Shown here: piece after piece, positions 48,721-62,695 of the stretch
Layout of the letters: every line of letters starts with the position of its first letter
Position numbering within the stretch: position 1 is the first letter of the stretch
Source: Malacoraja senta
Lineage: Eukaryota
Assembly (NCBI GenBank): GCA_038087875.1
Contig: JAXLNO010000338.1
Coordinates: 124,001 to 188,000, forward strand
DNA length: 64,000 nt
Direction of reading: 5' to 3'
Translations under genes and position numbers: made by a program
Notes under the pieces: generated by a model
Databases searched by the model: none
What the model was told of the DNA's origin: nothing
The model's input: the letters and a program-made list of their open reading frames with translations, nothing else

Positions 48721-49749
48721 TGAATATTAAATCTATTGGCCGGCACAGACATTTCAGGGAGAGAGTGCACATGGGAGGGAGAGTGGGAAAACAGTGCCAG
48801 ATCAAAGGGAGTTCTGCAGTTTCTATTGGTTACCACAGCAGGATTTTACCTTAAATTTGTTTTGGTTCCAGCACAAAGTTACTGCAGTCAGAGGGACTGC
48901 AGTCAGTCTGTTATTGCAGTCAGGATGGGGTCTGCGCACAAGACAGACTTACGACAGTTAGGAGACACGACAATCTCACAGCACTCAGAAAGCGTGAGTG
49001 GGTCATTCACCAGACGATGTCAGCAGTTGGATCAATGAGACAAAGATTGCAGTCAGGTAAGTGAGTTGGTTATTTGCTGAAGAAATACTTCATTGGATCA
49101 TTGATGGATTAACCTCAGTGTTGTGGTGAGTGAATGCAGAGTTTAGCTGGGAGCAAGGACACATCTGACGCTAATTATATTGCTGACTTTCCAATGCAGA
49201 CTGTTGGCACTCTGCTGAAAGCAGTTCCCTGGGTTAGTGTGTGGAGACTGCCTTCTACTAGGGTTCCACTCCCACTATGTCAACAGAATCAGGGGTGACC
49301 CCATGATCACTGAGCCCCGTTTCATTCCTTCCCATTTGAACAGCTCGGCTTAATTCAACACTTTGGCAGAGTGAGTCCAGCTGAGATCACTCACTGGTGA
49401 CCCACAGTCTCAAATCCACATTCCATCAAGCTCCACACACAGCTGGGTCACCACCAGTCCCTGCAGCGATAAAAATGTGTCAAAGTGTGGAGCCTCACTG
49501 GACACAAGTGGAGATCAGGAATTCACCCCAAAGTCAGCATGAGTTGCCCTCATAGAAATGTCACACTGACCTGAGGAGATGTTCTTTGTGAAGTGTAATA
49601 ACCAGCACTGAGACTGAGACTGTTGACATGTTCACTGTGGGATAGAAACAACACCGGCAACAAACCAAACAAGCACAAAGCAAATGCACAATAAACCCAC
49701 AAATCTATTTCCAAAGTCTCCGTTCGAGAAGCCCGGACTCAAATAGCAA

Positions 49750-52700
49750 ATGCAATTAGACAGTGTGTGAGGCAGGAGGCAGAGAAGGAAATCACTCAGA
49801 CCCAACATGTAGGGGGGAAAGAAGAAAACAATAATAAACAGAGAATAAGAAGTGGTGGGGTTCTTAAATGGGTGATCAGAGAAACAGAGGGGTGTAAAAT
49901 GCGGGCGGAAGCAATAGGTAGCAAGGTGAAAAGTAAAAGTGGCAGGCAGACAAATCCAGGGCAAAAATCAAAACGAGCCACTTTTCAACATAATTGTATA
50001 AGGGGTAAGAGCGTTGTAAAAACAAGCCTGAAGGCTTTGTGTCTCAATGCAAGGAGCATTCGTAATAAGGTGGATGAGTTGAACGTGCAGATAGCAATTA
50101 ATGATTATGATATAGTTGGGATCACGGAGACATGGCTCCAGGGTGACCAAGGCTGGGAGCTGAACATCCAGGGATATTCAATATTCAGGAAGGATAGAGA
50201 GAAAAGAAAAGGAGGTGGGGTAGCGTTGCTGGTTAGAGAGGAGATTAACGCAGTGGAAAGGAAGGACATTAGCTTGGAGGATGTGGAATCGGTATGGGTA
50301 GAGCTGCGAAACACTAAGGGGCAGAAAACGCTGGTGGGTGTTGTGTACAGGCCACCTAGCAGTAGTAGTGAAGTTGGGGATGGCATCAAACAGGAAATTA
50401 GAAATGCGTGCAACAAAGGCAAAACAGTTATAATGGGTGACTTCAATCTACATATAGATTGGGTGAATCAAATTGGCAGGGGTGCTGAGGAAGAGGATTT
50501 CTTGGAATGTATGAGGGATAGTTATCTAAACCAACATGTAGAGGAATCAACGAGAGAGCAGGCTATTCTAGACTGGGTATTGAGTAATGAGGAAGGGTTA
50601 GTTAGCAGTCTTGTTGTGCGCGCCCCCTTGGGCAAGAGTGACCATAATATGGTTGAGTTCTTCATTAGGATGGAGAGTGACATTGTTAATTCAGAAACAA
50701 CGGTTCTGAACTTAAAGAAAGGTAACTTTGAGGGTATGAGACGTGAATTGGCCAAGATTGACTGGCAATTAGTTCTAAAAGGGTTGACGGTGGATATGCA
50801 ATGGAAGGCCTTTAAAGACTGCATGGATGAACTACAAAAATTGTTCATCCCAGTTTGGCAAAAGAATAAATCAGGGAAGGTAGTGCATCCGTGGATAACA
50901 AGGGAAATCAGGGATAGTATCAAAGCAAAAGATGATGCGTACAAATTAGCCAGAAAAAGCAGCATACCAGAGGACTGGGAGAAATTCAGAGACCAGCAGA
51001 GGAGGACAAAGGGCTTAATTAGGAAAGGGAAAATAGATTATGAAAGGACACTGGCAGGGAACATAAAAACTGACTGCAAAAGTTTTTATAGATATGTGAA
51101 GAGAAAGAGATTAGTTAAAACAAATGTAGGTCCCTTGCAGCCAGATACAGGTGAATTGATCATGGGGAACAAGAATATGGCGGACCAATTGAATAACTAC
51201 TTTGGTTCCGTCTTGACTAAGGAAGACATAAATAATCTGCCGGAAATAGCAGGGGGCCGCGGGTCAAAGGAGATGGAGGAACTGAGTGAAATCCAGGTTA
51301 GTCGGGAAGTGGTGTTGGGTAAATTGAATGGATTAAAGGCCGATAAATCACCACGGCCAGATAGGCTGCATCCCAGAGTACTTAAGGAAGTAGCTCCAGA
51401 AATAGTGGATGCATTAGTGATAATTTTTCAAAACTCTTTAGATTCTGGAGTAGTTCCATAGGATTGGAGGGTAGCAAACGTAACCCCACTTTTTAAGAAG
51501 GGAGGGAGAGAGAAAACGGGGAATTACAGACCAGTTAGTCTAACATCGGTAGTGGGGAAACTGCTAGAGTCAGTTATTAAAGATGGGATAGCAGCACATT
51601 TGGAAAGTGGTGAAATCATTGGACAAAGTCAGCATGGATTTGCGAAAGGTAAATCGTGTCTGACGAATCTTATAGAATTTTTCGAGGATGTAACTAGTAG
51701 AGTGGATAGGGGAGAACCAGTGGATGTGTTGTATCTGGACTTTCAGAAGGCTTTCGACAAGGTACCACATAAGAGATTAGGATACAAACTTAAATCACAC
51801 GGTATTGGGGGTTCAGTATTGATGTGGATAGAGAACTGGCTGGCAAACAGGAAGCAAAGAGTAGGAGTAAACGGGTCCTTTTCACAATGGCAGGCAGTGA
51901 CTAGTGGGGTACCGCAAGGCTCAGTGCTGGGACCCCAGCTATTTACAATTTATATTAATGATCTGGACGAGGGAATTGAAAGCAACATCTCCAAGTTTGC
52001 GGATGACACTAAGCTGGGGGGCAGTGTTAGCTGTGAGGAGGATGCTAGGAGACTGCAAGGTGACTTGGATAGGCTGGGTGAGTGGGCAAATGTTTGGCAG
52101 ATGCAGTATAATGTGGATAAATGTGAGGTTATCCACTTTGGTGGCAAAAACGGGAAGGCAGACTATTATCTAAATGGTGGCCGATTAGGAAATGGGGAGA
52201 TGCAGCGAGACCTGGGTGTCATGGTACACCAGTCATTGAAAGTAGGCATGCAGGTGCAGCAGGCAGTGAAGAAAGCGAATGGTATGTTGGCCTTCATAGC
52301 AAGAGGATTTGAGTATAGGAGCAGGGAGGTTCTACTGCAGTTGTACAGGGTTTGGTGAGACCACACCTGGAGTATTGCGTACAGTTTTGGTCTCCAAATC
52401 TGAGGAAGGACATTATAGCCATAGAGGGAGTGCAAAGAAGGTTCACCAGACTGATTCCTGGGATGTCAGGAGTTTCATATGAAGAAAGACTGGATAGACT
52501 TGGCTTATACTCGCTAGAATTTAGGAGATTGAGAGGGGATCTTATAGAAACGTACAAAATTCTTATGGGGTTGGACAGGCTAGATGCAGCAAGATTGTTC
52601 CCGATGTTGGGGAAGTCCAGGACAAGGGGTCACAGCTTAAGGATAAGGGGGAAATCCTTTAAGACCGAGATGAGTAAAAACGTTTTCACACAGAGAGTGG

Positions 52701-53015
52701 TGAATCTCTGGAACTCTCCGCCACAGAGGGTAGTTGAGGCCAGTTCATTGGCTATATTTAAGAGGGAGTTAGATGTGGCCCTTGTGGCTAAAGGGATCAG
52801 GGGGTATGGAGAGAAGGCAGGTACGGGATACTGAGTTGGATGATCAGCCACGATCATATTGAATGGCGGTGCAGGCTCGAAGGGCCGAATGGCCTACTCC
52901 TGCACCTATTTTCTATTTATCTATGTATCTATGTATCATATTGAATGGTGGTGCAGGCTCGAAGGGCCGAATGGCCTACTCCTGCACCTATTTTCTATGT
53001 ATCTATGTATCTATG
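49750..53015 (+). mobile_element. CR1 LINE with near-complete ORF2 (49767-52834: one nonsense codon at 51459, one frameshift at ~52352) and duplicated 3' tail
   Basis: APE and RT motifs; ORFs 49767 and 51552 are in the same frame. Confidence 0.95.
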
Positions 53016-53957
53016 TAAGTTTGCGGATGACACAAAGCTGGGTGGCAGTGTGAACTGCGATGAGGATCTCAGAAGGTTGCAGGGTGACCTGGACAGGTTG
53101 AGTGAGTGGGCAGATGCGTGGCAGATGCAGTATAATATAGATAAATGTGAGGTTATCCACTTTGTCGGCAAAAACAAGGGGCCACATTATTATCTCAATA
53201 GGGTTAGGTTAGGTAAGGGGGAGGTGCAGCGAGACCTGGGTGTCCTTGTACACCAGTCACTGAAAGTCGGCGTGCAGGTACAGCAGGCAGTGAAGAAAGC
53301 TAATGGAATGTTGGCCTCCATAACAAGAGGATTTCAGTACAGGAGTAAAGAGATTCTTCTGCAGTTGGATAGGGCTCTGGTAAGACCACATCTGGAGTAT
53401 TGTGTACAGTTTTGGTCTCCTAATTTGAGGAAGGACATCCTTGTGATTGAGGCAGTGCAGCGTAGATTCACGAGATTGAACCCTCGCATGGCGGGACTGT
53501 CATATGAGGAAAAATTTAAAAGACTAGGCTCATATTCACTGGAGTTTAGAAGGATGAGGGGGATCTTATAGAAACATATACAATTATAAAAAGGACTGGA
53601 CAAGCTAGATGCAGGAAAAATGTTCCCAATGTTAGGCAAGTCCAGAACCAGGGGCCACAGTCTTAGAATAAAGGGGAAGCCATTTAAGACTGAGGTGAGA
53701 AAAATCGTTTTCACCCAGAGAGTAGTGAATTTGTGGAATTCCCTGCCACAGAGGGCAGTGGAGGCCAAGTCACTGGGTGCATTTAAGAGAGAGTTAGATA
53801 GAGCTCTAGTGGCTAGTGGAATCAAGGGATATGGGGAGAAGGCAGGCACGGGTTATTGATTGGGGATGATCAGCCATGATCACAATGAATGGCAGTGCTG
53901 GCTCGAAGGGCCGAATGGCCACCTCCTACACCTATTTTCTATGTTTCTATGTTTCTA
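53016..53957 (+). mobile_element. CR1 3' fragment
   Basis: KFADDTKLGG through the 3' UTR and (TTTCTATG)n tail. Confidence 0.92.
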
Positions 53958-54029
53958 AATTTCACAACGTGTCAATAGGCAGCAGAGGTGTGAAGGGCAA
54001 AAAAAAGATCAACCCATCACAAAACCTTA

Positions 54030-55775
54030 TTGTATGAAAAGACTGGACCATTTCCCACCCCAACCAACACTTCACACCCACTCACAACCTGACCTCAGTC
54101 TGCAAAGACTGAGCCCTTCTACACCCACCCTCCTCCAATCACCACTTCACACCGAATTACTCACACCCTCCTTGCTGAACACCATCACTTCATCTACAAT
54201 AAAAATAGAGGAGGTGGAGAGGCTTTTCAGAAGACAGAAAAGCCGGAAATCTCCAGGACCTGACAATGTTTTCCACTCTACTCTCAAGCTCTGTGCCAAA
54301 CATATACAGACATTTTAACAAGTCCCTGCAAACATGTACTGTCCCTGCCTGCTTCAAAGTCTCCACTATTGTCCCTGTACCCAAAAAGGTAAGGATTACT
54401 TCTCTTAATGACTACAGGCCTGTCGCACTGACCTCTGTAGTCATGAAGACCCTTGAAAGGCTTGTGCTGGCCAAGCTGAAAAATATCACAACCCCCCTGC
54501 TGGACCCTCTGCAGTTTGCATATCGGGCCAGTAGATCTGTGGATGATGCAGTCAACCTGGGCCTGCACTTCATCCTACAGCACCTAGACTGCCAGGGGAC
54601 CTAGGCGAGGATCCTGTTTGTTGATTTTAAATTCTGCGTTCAACATCATTGTGCCAGAGCTACTACACTCCAAACTTTCCGAGTTGACTGTGCCTGAACC
54701 CCTCTGTCTGTGGATCACCAACTTCCTGACAGACAGGAAGCCGCATGTGAGGCTGGGAAAGCACATCTCGGACCCGCAAACGCTCAGTATAGGAGCACCG
54801 CAAGGCTGCATACTATCTCCTCTCCTCTACTCTCTCTACACCAATGACTGCAACTCTACAGACACCTCTGTCAAGCTTCTCAAGTTTGCTGACGATACCA
54901 CCCTGATTGGACTAATCCAGGATGGGGAGGAATCTGCCGACAGGCAGGAAGTGTCACAGCTGGCATCCTGGTGCCCTAGCAACAACCTAGAGCTCAATGC
55001 TCTTAAGACAGTGGAATTGATTGTAGACTTTAGGAGAGCTCCCCCTCCCCTCACCCCATTCACAATCAACAACACCACAGTCACATCTGTGGAGTCTTTT
55101 ACGTTCCTGGGAACCATCATCTCCAAGGACCTTAAGTGGGGGGCTACCATCGACTCCACAGTCAAAAAGGCACAACAGAGGATGTACTTGCTATGGCAGC
55201 TGAGGAAGCACAATTTGCCACAGGCAATGATGGTCCAATTCTACACGGCCATCGTAGAGTCTGTGCTCACCTTCTCCATCATGGACTGGTTTGGCTCAGC
55301 CACCAAGCACAACACCTGGAGGCTGCAGCGAATCGTCCGATCAGCAGAGAAGGTTATTGGCTGCAACCTTTCCTCCATTGATGAACTGTACACTGCAAGG
55401 GCCAGGAAGCGAGCGGGCAAGATCATCTCTGACCCCTCTCACCCTGGCCACAAACTCTTTGAACCACTTCCCTCTGGAAGGCGACTCCGGACTGTCAAAG
55501 CTGCCACAGCCAGACATAAAAACTGTTTTTATCCACGAGTAGATGCTCTACTCAACAGCCAAAAATCTGTAGCCTCCCTTTGATCTGGTATTTTGTTGGT
55601 TCGCATGCTTGATCAATGGTGTTTTATCATTAATGTTTTATTATTATTAATGTTTAGTGTTTTCTGAGTCATTTGTAACTGTCACTGTATGTAATGTTGT
55701 TACTTGTGGGCGGAGCACCAAGGTAAATTCCTTGTATGTGAATACTTGGCCAATAAACTTACTTACTTACTTACA
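54030..55775 (+). mobile_element. Rex1/Babar LINE, 5'-truncated
   Basis: [47 protein letters not shown]; (TTAC)n tail. Confidence 0.92.
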
Positions 55776-56284
55776 TATTGAAACATGCAAAAGAGGAGCA
55801 GGAATGGATTATTTGGCACATTGAGCCCGTTCCGTCATTCAACACAACCTTCTTTGTCAACCCCATATTACAATTCTCTCCCTATAATCATTGATGCCAT
55901 TTGTGTCAAGAAAAAACCTATCCCCTACTTAACTGGATTAATTTACTAGTCATCTACCATTTTTCCGTGGGGTGAATTTTAAAGGCTCACTATATTCAGA
56001 ATGAAGACATTTTTCCACATCTCAGCCCTTCAGGTCTTACGTCTGCGACCCCTTGTTCTAGATCCTCCAGTTGCCGGAAAAAATCCTTTATAAATGGAGT
56101 TTGTCTCGCTCTGCCTGAATTTTGACTGATTTAGTGAGGTCCCGTTCATGTCTTCCAAACTCCAGTGACTACTGGCCCAGTGGCTCCTCCTCACCTCACA
56201 CGTTAGCCCTGCCATTCCAAGAATCAGTCTGGTCAGCTTTGGCTGAATTTATTCTGTGGCAGGAAAACCCTTTCTCGGGTATAT

Positions 56285-59200
56285 AATATAACAATTACAG
56301 CACGGAAACAGGCCATCTCGGCCCTTCTATTCCGTGCCGAAAACTTACTCTCACCTAGTCCCATCTACCTGCACTCAGACCATAACCCTCCATTCCTTTC
56401 CCGTCCATATACCTATCCAATTTATTTTTAAATTATAAAATCGAACCTGCCTCCACCACTTCCACTGGAAGCTCATACCACACAGCTACCACTCTCTGAG
56501 TAAAGAAGTTCCCCCTCATGTTACCCATAAACTTTTGTCCCTTAATTCTCAAATCATGTCCTCTTGTTTGAATCTTCCCTACTCTCAATGGAAAAAGCTT
56601 ATACACGTCAACTCTGTCTATCCCTCTCATAATTTTAAAGATCCCCCTTAACCTTCTGCGCTCCAAAGAATAAAGACCTATCTTGTTCAACCTTTCTCTG
56701 TAACTTAGGTGCTGAAACCCAGGCAACATTCTAGTAAATCTCCTCTGTACTATCTCTATTTTGTTGACATCTTTCCTATAATTTGGCGACCAAAATTGTA
56801 CACCATATTCCAGAATTGGCCTCACCAATGCCTTGTACAATTTTAACATTACATCCCAACTTCTATACTCAATGCTCTGATTTATAAAGGCCAGCACACC
56901 AAAAGCTTTCTTTACCACCGTATCTACATGAGATTCCAACTTCAGGGACCTATGCACAGTTAATCCTAGATCCCACTGTTCTACTGCATTCCTCAATTCG
57001 CTACCATTTACCATGTACGTCCTATTGTGATTCGTCCTACCAAGATGTAGCACCTCACACTTATCAGCATTAAACTCCATCTGCCATGTTTCAGCCCACT
57101 CTTCCAAATGGCTTAAATCTCTCTGTAGACTTTGAAAATCGACTTCATTATCCACAACACCACCTATCTTAGTATCATCTGCATACTTACTAATCCAATT
57201 TACCACACCATCATCCAGATCATTGATGTATATGACAAACAACAGTGGACCCAACACAGATCCCTGAGGCACCCCACTAGTCACCGGCCTCCAACCTGAC
57301 AAACAGCCATCCACCATTACTCTCTGGCATCTCCCATTCTGCCACTGTTGAATCCATCTTGCTACTCCACCATTAATACCGAACAATTGAATCTTCTTAA
57401 CCAACCTTCCATGAGGAACCTTGTCAAATGCCTTACTGAAGTCCATATAGACTACATCCACTGCTTTATCCTCATCAATTTCCCGAGTAACCTCTTCCAA
57501 AAATTCAAGAAGATTAGTCAAACATGACCTTCCAGGCACAAATCCATGTTGACTGTTCCTAATCAGACCCTGTTTATCCAGGTGCTTATATATATTATCT
57601 TTAAGTATCCTTTCCATTAATTTGCCCACCACTGACCTCAAACTAACAGGTCTATAATTGCTAGGTTTACTCTTAGAACCCCTTTTAAACAATGGAACAA
57701 CATGCGCAGTACGCCAATCCTCCGGCACCATTCCCGTTTCTAATGACATTTGAAATATTTCTGTCATAGCCCCTGCTATTTCTACACTAACTTCCCTCAA
57801 TGTCCTAGGGAATATCCTGTCAGGACCTGGAGACTTATCCATTTCTATATTTTTCAAAAGTGTCAGTACTTCCTCTTCTTTGGTCCTCATAGTTTTCATA
57901 GCTACTCTACTTGTTTCTGTTACCTCACATAATTCAATATCCTTCTCCTTGGTGAATACCGAAGAAAAGAAATTGTTCAATATCTCCCCCATCTCTTTTC
58001 GCTCTGCACATAGCTGTCCACTCTGACACTCTAATGGACCAATTTTATCCCTCGTTATCCTTTTGCTATTAGTATGGCTGTAGAAACCCTTTGGATTTAC
58101 ATTCACCTTACTATCCAAAGCAACCTCATATCTTCTTTTAGCTTTTCTATTTCTCTCTTAAGATTCTTTTTACATTCGTTATACTCTTCAAGCACCTCAT
58201 TTACTCCATGCTGCCTATATTTATGGTAGATCTCTCTCTTTTTCCGAACCGTGTCCAATTTCCCTTGAAAACCATGACTCTTTCCAATTATTACCCTTTC
58301 CTTTCAACCGAACAGGGACATAAAGATTCTGTACTCTTAAAATGTCATCTTTAAATGTCCTCCATTTCTCTATTACATCCTTCCCATAAAACAAAATGTC
58401 CCAATTCACTCCATTTAAATCCTTTCGCATCTCCTCAAAGGTAGCCTTTCTCCAATCAAAAATCTCAACCCTTGGTCCAGTTCTGACCTTCTCCATAATT
58501 ATATTGAAACTAATTGCATTATGATCACTGGACCCGAAGTGCTCCCCAACACATTCTTCTGTCAACTGACCTGTCTCATTTCCTAACAGGAGGTCCAGCA
58601 CTGCCCCTTCTCTAGTAGATACCTCTATGTATTGCTGCAAAAAACTATCCTGCACACATTTTACAAACTCCAAACCATCCAGCCCTTTTACAGAATGTGT
58701 TTCCCTGTCTATGTGTGGAAAATTGAAATCTCCCACAATCAGTACCTTGTCCTTACTACTAATATCTGCTATCTCCTTACATATTTGCTCTTCCAATTCT
58801 CGCTCCCCATTAGGCGGTCTATAATACACCCCTATAAGTGTTGCTACACCTTTCCCATTTCTTTGTTCCACCCAAATAGCCTCCCTAGACGAGCACTCTA
58901 ATCTATCCTGCCAAAGCACTGCTGTAATATCTTCCCTGACAAGTAATGCAACACCTCCACCTCTTGCCCCTGCAATTATATCACACCTGAAGCAATGAAA
59001 TCCTGGAATATTTAGTTTCCAATCACAGCCATCCTGCAACCATGTTTCACTAATCGCCACAACATCATACTTCCAGGTGTCAATCCAGGCTCTAAGCTCA
59101 CCCACCTTTCTTACAATGCTCCTAGCATTATAATAGACACATTTAAGATACCCACCACCCACTTATTTTCTGTTTATTATCGTTTTCTTCTTTCCCCCCT

Positions 59201-59770
59201 ACATGTTGGGTCTGAGTGCTTCCCTTCTCTGCCTCCTGCCTCACACACTGTCTACTAGCTTTCTCTATTTGAGTCCCTCCCCACAACCGTTCTAGTTTAA
59301 AGTCTCCCCTGTAGCCTTTGCAAATCTCATCGCCAGGATATTGGTTCCCCTCGGGTTCAAGTGCAACCCGTCCTTTTTGTACAGGTCACACCTTCCCCAA
59401 AAGAGGTCCCAATGATCCAGAAACTTGAATCCCTGCCCTCTGCTCCAGTCCCTCAGCCACAAATGTATCCTCCACCTCACTCCATTCCTACTCTCACTGT
59501 CGCGTGGTACAGGCAGTAATCCTGAGATTGTTACTTTTGCAGTCCTTCTCCTTAACTCTCTTCCTAACACCCTAAATTCTCCTTTCAGGACCTCTTCTCA
59601 TTTTCTACCTATGTCATTGGTACCTATATGTACCACGACCTCAGGCTCCTCTCCCTCCAATTTCAGGATATCTTGGACATGTTCAGAAACATCCCAGACC
59701 CTGGCACCAGGGAGGCAAACTACCATCCGGGTCTCCTGACTGCGTCCACAGAATCGCCTATCTGATCCTT
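56285..59770 (-). mobile_element. CR1 LINE of a different subfamily: partial esterase ORF1 and frameshifted ORF2
   Basis: ORF1 ISGLLPVP...KDGLHLNPRGT (59292-59570); ORF2 pieces 58221-59162 (APE) and 56433-58118 (RT, YADD). Confidence 0.93.
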
Positions 59771-60204
59771 AGTGGGTAAGGAGAACAAAACAGCACACAA
59801 GGGGTAGTCTCAGGAATATCCTGTAATATGGCAACAAGACATCTTGTTACTGTGCTCAAAAACTCCAGTAGAGAAGACCAACACATATCAGTTGCCTACT
59901 TACTGCATGCTGCATCACATGTCTGCTTTCAGTGATTAGTGCACAAAGACGCAGATATCTTTATCAATATTTCTGAATCAATCACAATTCCTATAGTTCT
60001 CAGTCTTTCTGCTTTTTCATCAAAACATCAAGTTTATCCACAATATTATGGATAGGAAATGTATGGAGGGACATGGGTTAGGTGCAGGCAGTTGGGACTG
60101 GCTCAGATACACAACTTGGTCAGCATGTATGCATTGGGCCAATGGGCCTATTTCCATGCTGTACAGCTCTATGACTCTATGCTGCATCTGTGTGTATATT
60201 TGGA

Positions 60205-61925
60205 CACTGGCTCAACTGACTGGGAGGAGCTGGCCAAAGTTGACTGGAAAGATACACTAGCAGGGATGACAGTGGAACAAAAATGGCAGGTGTTTCTAGG
60301 AATAATACAGAACGTGCAGGATCAGTTCATTCCTAGGAGGAAGAAAGATTCCAAGGGGAGAAAGGGACGAGACCATGGCTGACAAGGGACGTCAGGGACA
60401 GTATAAAAATTAAAGCGAAGAAGTACAACGTAACAAAGATGAGCGGGAAGCAAGAGGATAGGGTAATGTTTAAAGAACAACAGAAGATAACCAAAAAGAC
60501 AATACGGGGAGAAAAGATGAGGTACGAGGGTAAGCTAGCCAGGAATATAAAGCAGGATAGTAAAAGCTTCTTTACGTATGTGAGGAGGATAAAATTAGTT
60601 AAGACCAAAGTTGGACCCTTGTAGACTGAAAAAGGTGAATTTATTATGGGGAACAAGGAAATGACAGATGAGTTGAACAGGTACTTTGGATCTGTCTGCA
60701 CTAAGGAGGACACAAACAATGTTCCTGATATAGTAGTGGCCAGAGCATCTGGGGTGACGGAGGAACTGAAGGAAATCCACATTAGGCAGGAAATGGTGTT
60801 GGATAGACTGATCGGACTGAAGGTTGATAAATCCCCAGGGCCTGATGGTCGGCATCCCAGGGTACTTAAGGAAGTGGCTATAGAAATCGTAGATGCATTG
60901 GTGGTAATTTTCCAATGTTCTATAGACTCAGGATCAGTTCCTGTGGATTGGAGGGTAGCTAATGTTATACCACTTTTTAAGAAAGGCGGGAGAGAGAAAA
61001 CGGAATTATAGACCAGTTAGCCTGACATCGGTGGTGGGAAAGATGCTGGAGTCAATTATGAAAGATGAAATAGCCGCACATTTGGATAGCAGTAACAGGA
61101 TCGGTCCGAGTCAGCATGGATTTACGAAGGGGAAATCATGCTTGACTAATCTTCTGGAATTTTTTGAAGATGTAACGAGGAAAATGTACAATGGAGAGCC
61201 AGTGGATGTAGTTTACCTGGACTTTCAGAAAGCATTTGAAAAGGTCCCACATAGGAGATTAGTGGGCAAAATTAGGGCACATGGTATTGGGGGTAGAGTG
61301 CTGACATGGATAGGGAAGTGTTTGGCAGACAGGAAACAAAGAGTAGGGATTAACGGGGCTCTTTCAGAATGGCAGGCAGTGACTAGTTGGGTACCGCAAG
61401 GCTCGGTGCTGGGACCGCAGCTATTTACAATATACATCAATGATTTGGATGAAGGGATTCAAAGTAACATTAGCAAATTTGCAGATGACACAAAGCTGGG
61501 TGGCAGTGTGAACAGTGAGGAGGATGCTATGAGAAGGCAGGGTGACTTGGACAGGTTGGGGGAGTGGGCAGATGCATGGCAGATGAAGTTTAATGCAGAT
61601 AAATGTGAGGTTATCCACTTTGGTAGCAAAAACAGCAAGGCAGATTACTATCTAAATGGCGTCAAGTTGGGAAAAGGGGAAGTACAACGGGATCTGTGGG
61701 TCCTTGTTCATCAGTCTATGAAAGTAAGCATGTAGGTACAACAGGCAGTGAAGAAAGCAAATGGCATGTTGGCCTTTATAACAAGAGGAGGAATATAGGA
61801 GCAAAGAGATCCTTCTGCAGTTGTACAGAGCCCTAGTGAGACCAGACCTGGAGTATTGTGTGCAGTTTTGGTCCTCTAATTTGAGGAAGGACATTATTGC
61901 TATTGAGGGGATGCAGCGTAGGTTT
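60205..61925 (+). mobile_element. CR1 ORF2 fragment, disrupted
   Basis: ORFs 60439, 60646 and 60962 with CR1 motifs. Confidence 0.92.
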
Positions 61926-61937
61926 ACAAGGTTAATC

Positions 61938-62695
61938 TGACGCAATTTAGATAGTATTCTGCATTTCTGTTTTTGCTACCAAATTGGATAACCTCACATT
62001 TATCTACATTAAACTTCATCCGCCATGCATCTGCCCACTCCCCCAACCTGTCCAAGTCACCCTGCATTCTCATAGCATCCTCCTCACAGTTCACACTGCC
62101 ACCCAGCTTTGTGTCATTTGCAAATTTGCTAATGTTACTTTGAATCCCTTCATCCAAATCATTCATGAATATTGTAAATAGTTGCGGTCCCAGCATCGAG
62201 CCTTGCCGTACCCCACTAGTCACTACCTGCCATTCTGAAAGGGACCCGCTAATCCCTACTCTTTGTTTCCGGTCTGCCAACCACTTCTCTATCCATGTCA
62301 GCACTCTACACGTTATACCATGTGCCCTAATTTTGCCTACTAATCTCCTATGTGGGACCTTATCAAATGCTTTCTGAAAGTCCAAGTACACTACATCCAC
62401 TGGCTCTCGCTTGTCCATTTTCCTAGTTACATCCTCAAAAATTCCAGAAGATTTAGTCAAGCATGATTTCCCTTTCGTAAATCCATGCTGACTTGGACCG
62501 ATCCTGTTACTGCTATCCAAATGTGCGGCTATCTCATCTTTTATAATTGACTCCAGCATCTACCCCACCACCGATGTCAGGCTAACTGGTCTATAATTCC
62601 CTGTTTTCTCTCTCCCGCCTTTCTTAAAAAGTGGGATAACATTAGCTACCCTCCAATCCACAGGAACTGATCCTGAATCTATTGAACATTGGAAA
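61938..62695 (-). mobile_element. Inverted CR1 RT fragment of the same subfamily as the adjacent copy
   Basis: ORF 61924-62559 is nearly identical to ORF 60962-61735. Confidence 0.92.
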
